Shown here: piece after piece, positions 16,249 to 23,637 of the stretch
Position numbering within the stretch: position 1 is the stretch's first letter
Layout of the letters: each line of letters opens with the position of its first letter
Assembly (NCBI RefSeq): GCF_000019605.1
Contig: NC_010482.1
Coordinates: forward strand, 570,001-602,000
Length of the DNA stretch: 32,000 nt
Origin: Candidatus Korarchaeum cryptofilum OPF8
GTDB lineage: Archaea > Korarchaeota > Korarchaeia > Korarchaeales > Korarchaeaceae
Direction: 5' to 3'
Position numbers and translations under genes: made by a program
The notes under the pieces: model-generated
Told to the model about the DNA's origin: nothing
Database searches by the model: none
Seen by the model: only the letters and a program-made list of their open reading frames with translations

Positions 16249-16262
16249 CCTCTTCAGTCCAT

Positions 16263-17492
16263 ATGCCCATCAAGGATATAGTGGGTGGTAAGCTCCCGAA
16301 GGGCTCTCAGGTGGAGCTGGAGGGTACGATAACTGAGCTTTTACCGATATTCCTGATGGGAGGATCCTCCTATGAGAGGTTCTCGCTGGAGGATGGTACT
16401 GCGAGAATAACGGTAATCATGCCATCATCCGATATCTACCTCCTCCCGGGTGATAGGGTCAGAGTGGTTGGGAGAGTCAGGCCGTGCCCTTACGCTCCAG
16501 CTGTGGATTGCATCGAGACCGAGAGCGAGTACGTGGAGATAAAGGAGTGGAAGTGGATAGAGCCGAGTAGGAGGAGGAGTGAGAACAGGAAAGGCCCCTT
16601 CAATATGAGCGTGCTCCTCCACATGACTAGGCTGGATGAGGAAGTGATAAGGGGGATAGTTGAGACAGATCTAGATCCCGTTAGGATAAGGGAGAGGTTT
16701 GAAAGCTGTATAAATTCAGGAGAGAGTTGCGATCACTTGCTAGATATGCTCTCCGCTATGACGATGTACTCCATATTCCTGAGGGATTTGGATGCAGCTA
16801 GCTCAGTTAGAATGACCCTGAAATTATTGGAAACTCTACCTATCGGTAAAATACTGAACTTGCTGTCCGATATGGTGGAGACTCTAGTGAGTAGGGAGGG
16901 CCTGGCCCCCTATCTATCTGGAGAGGGTAAGGGGATCGTCGAGAGGTATCCTGTGGCCGATGAGTCGAGCTTGAAGGAAGTAGTTGAGCTCAGAGGCCTG
17001 GCTGATCGCCTAATAAATGATTTAAGGGAGGGTAAGAAGGAATTCATAATTCTTGAATTCTCGAGGGGCGAGGAACTGGAGAAGATAAGGAAGGTCGTTG
17101 AGATAGTCGCTGGGATAACTGGATCCAAATTGCTCCTACTATATGCATCCTCAGTGGCTGAGGATACCCATAATATCCTCTCCGAGATAAAGGAGACTTC
17201 TAAAAACTTGAAGGAGGATGAGAGAGCTATCCTGTACTTAGAAGCCCCTGAGCTCCTATTTCCGAATGAGAAGATGCTTGGTCTGCTGAAATTACCCGAT
17301 GAGGCTCTTGAAGGAGTATCTGATCTCAAATCGGAGTTCTCTAAGGTATTCAGGGAGCTCTCCAGCAAGATATTGATAGTGGCCGCTACTGTCTCCAGCT
17401 CTATGGTGGATGGGAACTCCATAGGGAGGCCCGTGGTAATACCGCTTGAGACCGGCGTTGAGATCGCTAGCGATATGGAGTACAGCATCTAA
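16263..17492 (+). CDS. OB-fold protein with a C-terminal degenerate (P-loop-less) classical AAA domain
   Basis: The N-terminus, GSQVELEGTITEL...FSLEDGTARITVIM...LLPGDRVRVVGRV, is an OB/tRNA_anti-like pattern. The C-terminus has AAA spacing: FIILEFSRGEELEKI in place of Walker A, then AILYLEAPELLF 60 aa later in place of hhhhDE, then ILIVAATVSSSMVDGNSIGRPVVIPLE 47 aa later, resembling VIAATNRPD.LD.A..RPGR. Confidence 0.45.
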   Translation: MPIKDIVGGKLPKGSQVELEGTITELLPIFLMGGSSYERFSLEDGTARITVIMPSSDIYLLPGDRVRVVGRVRPCPYAPAVDCIETESEYVEIKEWKWIEPSRRRSENRKGPFNMSVLLHMTRLDEEVIRGIVETDLDPVRIRERFESCINSGESCDHLLDMLSAMTMYSIFLRDLDAASSVRMTLKLLETLPIGKILNLLSDMVETLVSREGLAPYLSGEGKGIVERYPVADESSLKEVVELRGLADRLINDLREGKKEFIILEFSRGEELEKIRKVVEIVAGITGSKLLLLYASSVAEDTHNILSEIKETSKNLKEDERAILYLEAPELLFPNEKMLGLLKLPDEALEGVSDLKSEFSKVFRELSSKILIVAATVSSSMVDGNSIGRPVVIPLETGVEIASDMEYSI

Positions 17493-17574
17493 AAAATGTT
17501 TGTCCCTCTCAATAACGGGGCTCATATTAGTATCCCTGGAGCTCATCCCTACGCTGGGCGCTCCTTTAAGAGTA

Positions 17575-17607
17575 AGTTACCCCCCTAAGTTAGTTAGGGG
17601 GGTAACT
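17575..17607 (+). promoter_or_regulatory. Perfect 11-bp GC-rich inverted repeat (hairpin) immediately 5' of an ATG
   Basis: AGTTACCCCCC (17575-17585), an 11-nt loop TAAGTTAGTTA, then GGGGGGTAACT (17597-17607). The 3' arm contains the only SD-like G-run before ATG 17610. Confidence 0.6.
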
Positions 17608-17655
17608 AGATGTACTTCGACCGAGCCTAAGACCAAGAGGGAAGACCTCTTCGAT

Positions 17656-18648
17656 ATGGAGGCGGAGCTAAGGGAACTCTCAGATGGCCTCAAGTGGGAG
17701 AAGCTTGTTATAGTGACTGGTTTAAGGAGATATGGGAAGACATCGCTCATATTGACATATCTGAATGAGGAGAAGCTCGACAACATCTTCCTCGACTGCA
17801 GGCTCCTCCCTCCAGGGATGATAAGCATGGGCTCCTTCCTCGAACTATTGGAAGCTGAGCTCACCAGGAAGTCATGGGCTAGAAGGATATTGAGCAGAGT
17901 TGAGGGCATAAGCATATCCGAAATAGGGATAAGATTCAAGGAGAGGGATCTCAACTCCCTAATAAGTGCCTTACATGCATTGGAGGGGAAGATCTTAGTT
18001 ATAGACGAAGCTCAGGAGCTGAGGAGATCGAGGCATAGGTTCGATTCTATAATAGCTTACGCTTACGATCACCTCGACCTCAAGATAATCTTATCGGGCT
18101 CTCAAGTCGGCTTATTATATAGGTTCCTCAGGGTGGACGATCCCGAAGCCCCTCTTTACGGCAGACCCTTCAAGGAGGTGAGGATGAGGAAGCTGAGCGA
18201 TGAAGAAGCCATGGATTTCCTGAGGAAGGGATTTGAGCAGGCTGGAATGAAAGTAAGTGATGATATACTGGAGGAAGCCAGGAGGTTCGATGGGATAATA
18301 GGATGGCTCACTTACTTCGGCTTCTCGATGATCAGCAACAGGGAGTCCGTGGAGATTATAGAGAGGAGGGCCTCTAAGCTCGCCATAAGCGAGCTCGAGC
18401 ATGCCCTGAGGATATACGGGTTGGCTGAGGCAAGGTACAGGGAAGCGCTGAAAGTGATAGCTACTTTAGAGCGTGCGAGGTGGACCCGGATAAAGAGGGG
18501 GATTGAGGCGAGGATCGGTAAGATACCCAGCAATACGCTATCCTCCATCTTGAGCAACTTAGTGGATTCCGGATTCCTGGAGAAGACGGAGGAAGGATAC
18601 AAGATAGCTGATCCAGTTTTGAGGAGCGGAATTTTGAGATATTGGTGA
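17656..18648 (+). CDS. Archaeal ATPase family protein (Arch_ATPase/ATPase_2 + C-terminal DUF234 wHTH)
   Basis: Walker A is TGLRRYGKTSL and Walker B is LVIDEAQEL. The C-terminus has LSSILSNLVDSGFLEKTEEGYKIADPVL (DUF234-like). The ORF track starts at 17446, but that extension overlaps the upstream gene and crosses the hairpin. ATG 17656 is the first in-frame ATG. The ancestral start may be ATG 17610, which is out of frame (see findings). Confidence 0.75.
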   Translation: MEAELRELSDGLKWEKLVIVTGLRRYGKTSLILTYLNEEKLDNIFLDCRLLPPGMISMGSFLELLEAELTRKSWARRILSRVEGISISEIGIRFKERDLNSLISALHALEGKILVIDEAQELRRSRHRFDSIIAYAYDHLDLKIILSGSQVGLLYRFLRVDDPEAPLYGRPFKEVRMRKLSDEEAMDFLRKGFEQAGMKVSDDILEEARRFDGIIGWLTYFGFSMISNRESVEIIERRASKLAISELEHALRIYGLAEARYREALKVIATLERARWTRIKRGIEARIGKIPSNTLSSILSNLVDSGFLEKTEEGYKIADPVLRSGILRYW

Positions 18649-18702
18649 ATTCAGCCCTCCAATAACTGTTGCTTCCAATACCCGGGCTACTGAAATAAAA
18701 AA

Positions 18703-19689
18703 TTAAGTTGTGCTGCCCCTCCTTATCTTCATGAAGATTAGTAAGAGCACCACTATCACTAAAATCAATGCGATAGCTCCTAAGGCGAGCAGGATAGTCG
18801 ATACTCCTGTGGTCTCGATGACAGTGACTGTCTGCGTCGTGACCGTCTGAGTCTCAGTCTTGAGAGTCGTTGTCCTCTCCTCCGTCGTCTGCGTTGTTGG
18901 GCTGGTTTCAGTAGCAGTCCGAGTTTCAGTAGCAGTCCGAGTCGAAGTAGTATACGTTGGAGTCTGAGGAGCCGGAAGCACTGTTATTAGCGGGCGATTA
19001 AGAGGATCGCTCTCCGAGAGCTTGTAATTTTTCTTCCATATCTCGAATGATAGATGATAGGTCCCGGGCCTCATGTTCTTAGGTATATCCATGTAGAACT
19101 TCGTCTCCCTGTTCGGGTATAAATTGAGCTCGATCACCTGGATCTTCGTGGGCGGTTCTGCATCGGTGCTCAGAAATGCTACCGCATTATAAATAGAATT
19201 GACGGCATCCTCAGATGCTTTAATGCCGACGAGCAATTTCCCTCCAGCTTCAACAGTGTTATTGAAGGTCCTAACGAATATACTGAATTCGGGGAAGACC
19301 AATACGCTCAGCTTGGGGAGCTCGATCACGGGAGTGTAAGCGCTCCCCACCATCTGATAGATGACGACGTAGAATTGGAGTGTCTTATTCCCATAATAGG
19401 AGGGAACTGATATCCTCATCCTGGCGATCTTCCCATCGCCCGGGTTCAGGTATACGGGGGTCTCAAAATCGTTCCCGGGATCACCATCGAGTGTGATCAC
19501 TTTGGCGATCAGATTGACGGGATATGAGCAATAATTAATCAAATTAACATCTAGGAGACCGGATTCGCCGGGCCTTATCCTCTCGGTGTATGAAACGTAG
19601 GATGCCGCGATGCATGAGCTCTGCCCGAGGGAGGGGGTCAGCAGGATGACCACTAGCATCAGGATAGCGATCCACCTGAGGGAATTCAT
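18703..19689 (-). CDS. Secreted/anchored surface protein with CARDB/NEW3-like beta domains, Thr-rich stalk and C-terminal TM anchor
   Basis: 328 aa. The signal peptide is MNSLRWIAILMLVVILLTPSLG. Beta-rich domains include PGESGLLDVNLIN and MRPGTYHLSFEIW. The stalk is TPTYTTSTRTATETRTATETSPTTQTTEERTTTLKTETQTVTTQTVTV. The anchor is ILLALGAIALILVIVVLLLIF plus MKIRRG. Confidence 0.65.
   Translation of the reverse strand: MNSLRWIAILMLVVILLTPSLGQSSCIAASYVSYTERIRPGESGLLDVNLINYCSYPVNLIAKVITLDGDPGNDFETPVYLNPGDGKIARMRISVPSYYGNKTLQFYVVIYQMVGSAYTPVIELPKLSVLVFPEFSIFVRTFNNTVEAGGKLLVGIKASEDAVNSIYNAVAFLSTDAEPPTKIQVIELNLYPNRETKFYMDIPKNMRPGTYHLSFEIWKKNYKLSESDPLNRPLITVLPAPQTPTYTTSTRTATETRTATETSPTTQTTEERTTTLKTETQTVTTQTVTVIETTGVSTILLALGAIALILVIVVLLLIFMKIRRGSTT
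18905..18940 (-). repeat. Exact 18-nt tandem duplication inside the Thr-rich stalk
   Basis: GTTTCAGTAGCAGTCCGA occurs twice in tandem (18905-18922 and 18923-18940). It encodes TRTATE twice on the minus strand. Confidence 0.85.
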
Positions 19690-19802
19690 GATATTTTTCT
19701 AGCAGTATAAAATATAAGCTTTTCCCAACGATCGGTCGGCCTAATAAAATTGAACATTTTTTAGATCCTTCTAGAATCAAGTGATGCTTCGCATCTGTAT
19801 CC

Positions 19803-20063
19803 CTAAGATCCCGCGACATCCCATATAGCGTCTATTATATCATCCTCGGTTATCCCGACTAGCTCGGCCTTCCTCAGGACTTCCCTAACTACTCCTTCGT
19901 GCTCCCCTAAGGCCCTACCTTTCAGCTTCCTCTCAAGTTCCTCGATTGCATCGCTCGGGAAAACCATGAAATCTCCCGAGATCTCCACCTCCTTTATCAA
20001 ATTCCCATCTAGCTCCAGCCTTATCTCAAGCGTTTTTCCAGCCTTGGATCTGATCACTTTCAT
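19803..20063 (-). CDS. lplB: Lipoate-protein ligase C-terminal domain protein (split LplA system, LplB)
   Basis: 86 aa with LIKEVEISGDFMVFP...LERKLKG...LVGIT, which matches the Lip_prot_lig_C domain pattern. It lies 4 nt downstream of lplA. Confidence 0.7.
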   Translation of the reverse strand: MKVIRSKAGKTLEIRLELDGNLIKEVEISGDFMVFPSDAIEELERKLKGRALGEHEGVVREVLRKAELVGITEDDIIDAIWDVAGS

Positions 20064-20067
20064 AAGA

Positions 20068-20799
20068 TCACCTCCTGAAGTTCCAGGAATCGCTCGAGTA
20101 CTTCTCGACCAGCATATCGACGAGCTTCCACTCCTCCTCGCTCAGCTCACCCTCCTGAAATTCCCCTAAGAATGAGAAGCCCTCTATAGCTGCGTTCAAG
20201 ACTTCATCGAAGCTCAAATCCCTGTTCACCTCCCTGGAGATCGTAGTAACCCTCTCAAGGATGCTCTTCAGGCCTTTATCCTCTAACTTCTCCCTCGGGA
20301 CCCATAGGAGGGAAGCGAGCCTCTCCAGATCTGTCGCATACATTATAGTCCCATGCTGCAGCAAGTTTCCGCCCTCCCTGGCTTGAGCGCTCCCAGATAC
20401 CTTCTTATTGGATATTAAGACATCGTTTACCCCCGAGAATTCAGCATCAGCTCCCAGAATCCTTATAGTCCTCACTACCCCCTCGCATATGTACTTCATG
20501 CTCTCCAGAACCCCCCTGGGGAAGAGGGCTTCCCCTCCAGCTACTGAGTAAGTCAGCTCGCCATTCTCATCGTGATATACTGAGCCCCCGCCAGTTATCC
20601 TCCTAACCACTCTCACATTAGCCCTCCTCACTTCCTCCAAGTTCACCGATGAACTGATCCTCTGGAAGTAACCTATAGTTATAGCACTGGGGGAGAACCT
20701 GTAGAACCTGACAGTCGGTATTCCGAACCTCATTAGAGCTTCATCTATCGCCATATTCAACGCAGCGTCCCCGCTCTCAAGCAGGAGCCTCCACCTCAT
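20068..20799 (-). CDS. lplA: Lipoate-protein ligase A, catalytic domain
   Basis: 243 aa with NMAIDEALM, PTVRFYRFSPSAITIGYFQ, RRITGGGSVYHD and NKKVSGSAQ (lipoyl-AMP-binding Lys). Confidence 0.85.
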   Translation of the reverse strand: MRWRLLLESGDAALNMAIDEALMRFGIPTVRFYRFSPSAITIGYFQRISSSVNLEEVRRANVRVVRRITGGGSVYHDENGELTYSVAGGEALFPRGVLESMKYICEGVVRTIRILGADAEFSGVNDVLISNKKVSGSAQAREGGNLLQHGTIMYATDLERLASLLWVPREKLEDKGLKSILERVTTISREVNRDLSFDEVLNAAIEGFSFLGEFQEGELSEEEWKLVDMLVEKYSSDSWNFRR

Positions 20800-20803
20800 C
20801 CCC

Positions 20804-21532
20804 TCACCTCCTCATCAAGTGCCACCCCATGTACCTTATCCTCCTCAGCTCACCCTCTATTAGCCTCATGAAGAACTCGTGCTGGCTCACCCCGCTTATC
20901 GACCCCAGATCGCCCTCGGTTATGAGTTCCTCTATAGTGGGGGACGAGGCAAGTAGCCCTAGCATCAAGATTATAGCCTCCCCCGGCTCCAGGACGAAGA
21001 GCCTCCCCCATATCCTACCCCAGAGTCCCGATATTCCGCCCTTAAGTCCGGCCAGCTCGAGCCACCTCTCGGAGAGGAGGTAGCCGCTATCCGGGAACTC
21101 CCCCATCCCTGAGTAGTAAATCCCCTCCCTGAGCACGTTCTCAGCTACTATTAGGTAGCCATCCTTAACCCTCTCGATCGGAGTTATCCCTCTCCTCCCT
21201 ATTATTCCCTTCACCTCCTCATCTATCCCCCTCACTTCATCGTAGCTCAGCGGGCTGTAGGAGGAGTAAGCATCGCTCAGCGTCGTGGCTGTAGCCATGA
21301 CCCTGCCTATGGAGACCAATCTAGCTAGTCCTCCCCTAGTGGGAGCTAATATAGCTAATATAGATCCTCTAGGAACTTCGAAGACTCCCGCTCTCTTCAG
21401 CCTCCTGTCGCATGCCACTAACTCATCTTGATTCAATCCCAATAGAGCTATGGATCCCAATATCAGGGGATCAAGCCTCTCCCTATCCCCCTCTCTCTGA
21501 GCCTCGGGGAGGAGCGAGCTCAATATAACCAT
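20804..21532 (-). CDS. Hypothetical protein, first gene of the lplA-lplB operon
   Basis: 242-aa ORF that ends 4 nt before lplA. It has no motif I recognise and no TM segments. Confidence 0.4.
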   Translation of the reverse strand: MVILSSLLPEAQREGDRERLDPLILGSIALLGLNQDELVACDRRLKRAGVFEVPRGSILAILAPTRGGLARLVSIGRVMATATTLSDAYSSYSPLSYDEVRGIDEEVKGIIGRRGITPIERVKDGYLIVAENVLREGIYYSGMGEFPDSGYLLSERWLELAGLKGGISGLWGRIWGRLFVLEPGEAIILMLGLLASSPTIEELITEGDLGSISGVSQHEFFMRLIEGELRRIRYMGWHLMRR

Positions 21533-21588
21533 CTGATCGATGATCCGACCTCCACCTATTGTCCCAAGGTAGTAATAAACCCTTTCCT

Positions 21589-21613
21589 TATGCGTGGACG
21601 ACGTCCGTATGCG
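21589..21613. promoter_or_regulatory. Composite symmetric motif upstream of the bacterioferritin-like gene (candidate operator)
   Basis: The motif reads TATGCG-T-GGACG-A-CGTCC-G-TATGCG. It is an 11-bp palindrome (21596-21606) flanked by two direct TATGCG copies. It ends 4 nt before the TATA-like TTTATATT (21618-21625), which is centred about 24 nt upstream of ATG 21645. Confidence 0.35.
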
Positions 21614-21644
21614 AAAGTTTATATTCCTATAGTTTTATGTTTCC

Positions 21645-22097
21645 ATGGTGTACCATATGGTTATGGCCGGGAAAGCTAGTGAGAGGCTCAAGTCCCTGTT
21701 GAATCAAGCTATAGCTAGGGAGATACAGGTCTCGATTCAGTACATGTGGCAGCATGTCCAGACAGTGGGCCCTGTGCATGTGCTCCTATCCGGGGAGCTC
21801 AAGAAAATAGCGATAGAGGAGATGAAGCACGCCGAGGAGATAGCTGAGAGGCTCTGGTATCTGGGAGGCACCCCCACGACAGTACCGGATCCGATAAAAG
21901 TTGGGAAGGATTTGAGGGAGATGATAGAGCAGGATGTTAAGGATGAGGAGAAGGCGATAACTCTATACAAGCAGATAATAGAAGTAGCGAATGAGGAAGG
22001 CGATGTCACCACAGCTGAGATATTCAAAAAGATCCTGAAAGATGAGGAGGAGCATCATGACTTTTTCACGACAGTGCTCGAGGGATTGCCTTCTTGA
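21645..22097 (+). CDS. Bacterioferritin/ferritin-like di-iron protein
   Basis: 150 aa with LNQAIAREIQVSIQYMWQHV, EEMKHAEEIAERLWYLGGTP, DEEKAITLYKQ and DEEEHHDFF. These are the four-helix-bundle E/ExxH ligand motifs of Bfr-like proteins. Confidence 0.75.
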   Translation: MVYHMVMAGKASERLKSLLNQAIAREIQVSIQYMWQHVQTVGPVHVLLSGELKKIAIEEMKHAEEIAERLWYLGGTPTTVPDPIKVGKDLREMIEQDVKDEEKAITLYKQIIEVANEEGDVTTAEIFKKILKDEEEHHDFFTTVLEGLPS

Positions 22098-22140
22098 GCT
22101 TTTCATCACGATTATCTTTCCTCATACATGGGAAACTTTT

Positions 22141-22148
22141 TTTTATAA
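22141..22148 (+). promoter_or_regulatory. TATA-like box for the Lrp/AsnC gene
   Basis: TTTTATAA is preceded by a T-run and centred about 22 nt upstream of ATG 22167. Confidence 0.4.
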
Positions 22149-22166
22149 GAGGGTGGTGCATGCCTT

Positions 22167-22613
22167 ATGATGGAAAGGGCCGTGAAAGTACTCGATGAGA
22201 GGGATAGGAAGATCCTGGAGATGATCTCCAGGGACGGCAGGGTCTCCTTCAGGAGGATAGCCGATGAGCTGAAGATAAGCGATGTAGCTGTTAGGAAGAG
22301 GATAAGAAGGCTGGAGAGGATGGGGATAATAGAGGGATTCACGGCCAGGATAAACCCAGCCTCCCTGGGCTACTCCATAATCTCCCTGACGGGCATAGAT
22401 GTACTCCCGGGCGATATAGTTAGAGTAGCAAAGGAAATAGCTGAAAAGGAGTACGCTAGATCTGTCTACATAACTGCGGGGGATCATTCGATAATGGCCG
22501 AGATATGGGCTAGGAATGAGGAGGAGTTCGGGAGGATATTGAAGGAGATAGAGGGGATGGGAGGAATTACTAAGATCTGCCCTGCTATAGTGACTCAGAG
22601 GATCAAATCATGA
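22167..22613 (+). CDS. Lrp/AsnC-family transcriptional regulator
   Basis: 148 aa. LDERDRKILEMISRDGRVSFRRIADELKISDVAVRKRIRRLERMGIIEGFTARINP is the HTH_AsnC part. A C-terminal RAM/AsnC_trans_reg-like domain follows. Confidence 0.9.
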   Translation: MMERAVKVLDERDRKILEMISRDGRVSFRRIADELKISDVAVRKRIRRLERMGIIEGFTARINPASLGYSIISLTGIDVLPGDIVRVAKEIAEKEYARSVYITAGDHSIMAEIWARNEEEFGRILKEIEGMGGITKICPAIVTQRIKS

Positions 22614-23465
22614 AGATATTTTCACCTCAACGGATTGGTTGAGCGAGCTCAGATCTATGTGATCCTCCATCTTGAGGCCCTGGCTCCTGAAATGGGCCTC
22701 AACCAACTTTGCAACATTGATCCCCTTCTTTGTGAGTCTGTAAGCGACTCCCCTCTTGCTCTCAGGATCCCTCTCCTTCTGAAGTAGCCCTTCCCTCTCC
22801 AAGTACTTCCTTATGTGATAATCGAGGCTGACCACTTTGGATCTGACATCCCTCCTCTCCCCCTTCTCCTTCAGCTTCACGTACCTCGCTAAGGAGTGGG
22901 GCGTGACCCTCTCACCCATGGCCTCGAGTTTCATAGCCACGTAGAGTATTGAGAGCGATACCTCATTCAGCTTCCACGTCGGATAGCTTATCAACTCCCT
23001 GAATCCATCCTCGGTCAGCTCTATAGCTCTAGCATCCAGATAGAGGGAGAGGTGAAAGAGATCAAGTTTGTAAGGGCCTGAGCACACTATTAGAGCTCTC
23101 AATCCGAGCTCTCCACCCTTGTACTCTCTTATCAAATTAGATAGCTCTGAGAATCTCGATATTATCTCTATTTGGTCTATCCTCTCGAAGATCTCCTCCA
23201 CCACATGATCCTTTCCGTATATGAATGCTAATCTATCCCTGAACTCCCTGAATCCATCCCCCTCGCTGCCGTCATTTATGAAGATCGAGGAGATTATCAT
23301 CCTCACTTCGCTCGACAATATTCTAGAAAATAAATGGAAATTGAGGGAGGTCGGGGCTATTAAGATGTACCAGGAATCTGATAGATCCAGAACTTTCTCG
23401 TATTGCGTTAGAGCTCTCTCTATTCCCTTGAGAGTTACCCCGACCCCCCTCGCTGACATCATCAA
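22608..23465 (-). CDS. Csa3-like regulator: divergent CARF-like Rossmann domain + C-terminal winged helix
   Basis: 285 aa. WYILIAPTSLNFHLFSRIL resembles the first CARF strand motif (..V.T.GF). ALIVCSGPYKL resembles the second (D.T.G.R). The C-terminus, LSILYVAMKLEAMGERVTPHSLARYV...IRKYLEREGLLQKERDPESKRGVAYRLTKKGINVAKLV, is collinear with the wHTH of Sulfolobus Csa3 as I recall it. The similarity is weak and judged by eye. Confidence 0.4.
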   Translation of the reverse strand: MMMSARGVGVTLKGIERALTQYEKVLDLSDSWYILIAPTSLNFHLFSRILSSEVRMIISSIFINDGSEGDGFREFRDRLAFIYGKDHVVEEIFERIDQIEIISRFSELSNLIREYKGGELGLRALIVCSGPYKLDLFHLSLYLDARAIELTEDGFRELISYPTWKLNEVSLSILYVAMKLEAMGERVTPHSLARYVKLKEKGERRDVRSKVVSLDYHIRKYLEREGLLQKERDPESKRGVAYRLTKKGINVAKLVEAHFRSQGLKMEDHIDLSSLNQSVEVKISS

Positions 23466-23637
23466 AATGTATTTTGACTAGCTTATAATCTTTTTGATCA
23501 GCCTAATTGCCTTTGATCCTCTGATATCTTTCTTCACATATGAAGGAATTTTTATTATCAAAAAGGTTAATTACCCGACTTGAATATGACATCATCACCT
23601 TTTATTAAGCAATAAATATGTAAGTATTGGGAAACTT

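Noticed and set aside
16221-16262. GTG-initiated 14-codon extension of the OB/AAA gene
   Set aside because: The TATA-like box (16235-16248) lies inside it, which favours ATG 16263.
16910-17546. 192-aa and 84-aa minus-strand ORFs opposite the OB/degenerate-AAA gene
   Set aside because: They are antisense to a better-supported frame. Their translations are Ser-rich and low in complexity, and no start context is present.
17446-17655. N-terminal 70-aa extension of the DUF234 ATPase ORF given in the track
   Set aside because: It overlaps the 3' end of the upstream gene by 47 nt and reads through the 11-bp hairpin. It has no ATG and shows no resemblance to the family N-terminus. The first in-frame ATG is at 17656.
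22098-22112. C-box-like GTGATGA on the minus strand after the bacterioferritin-like gene (possible C/D box sRNA)
   Set aside because: No CTGA D box or C'/D' pair lies at the expected 50-70 nt downstream on that strand, and the sequence overlaps the 3' end of the coding region.
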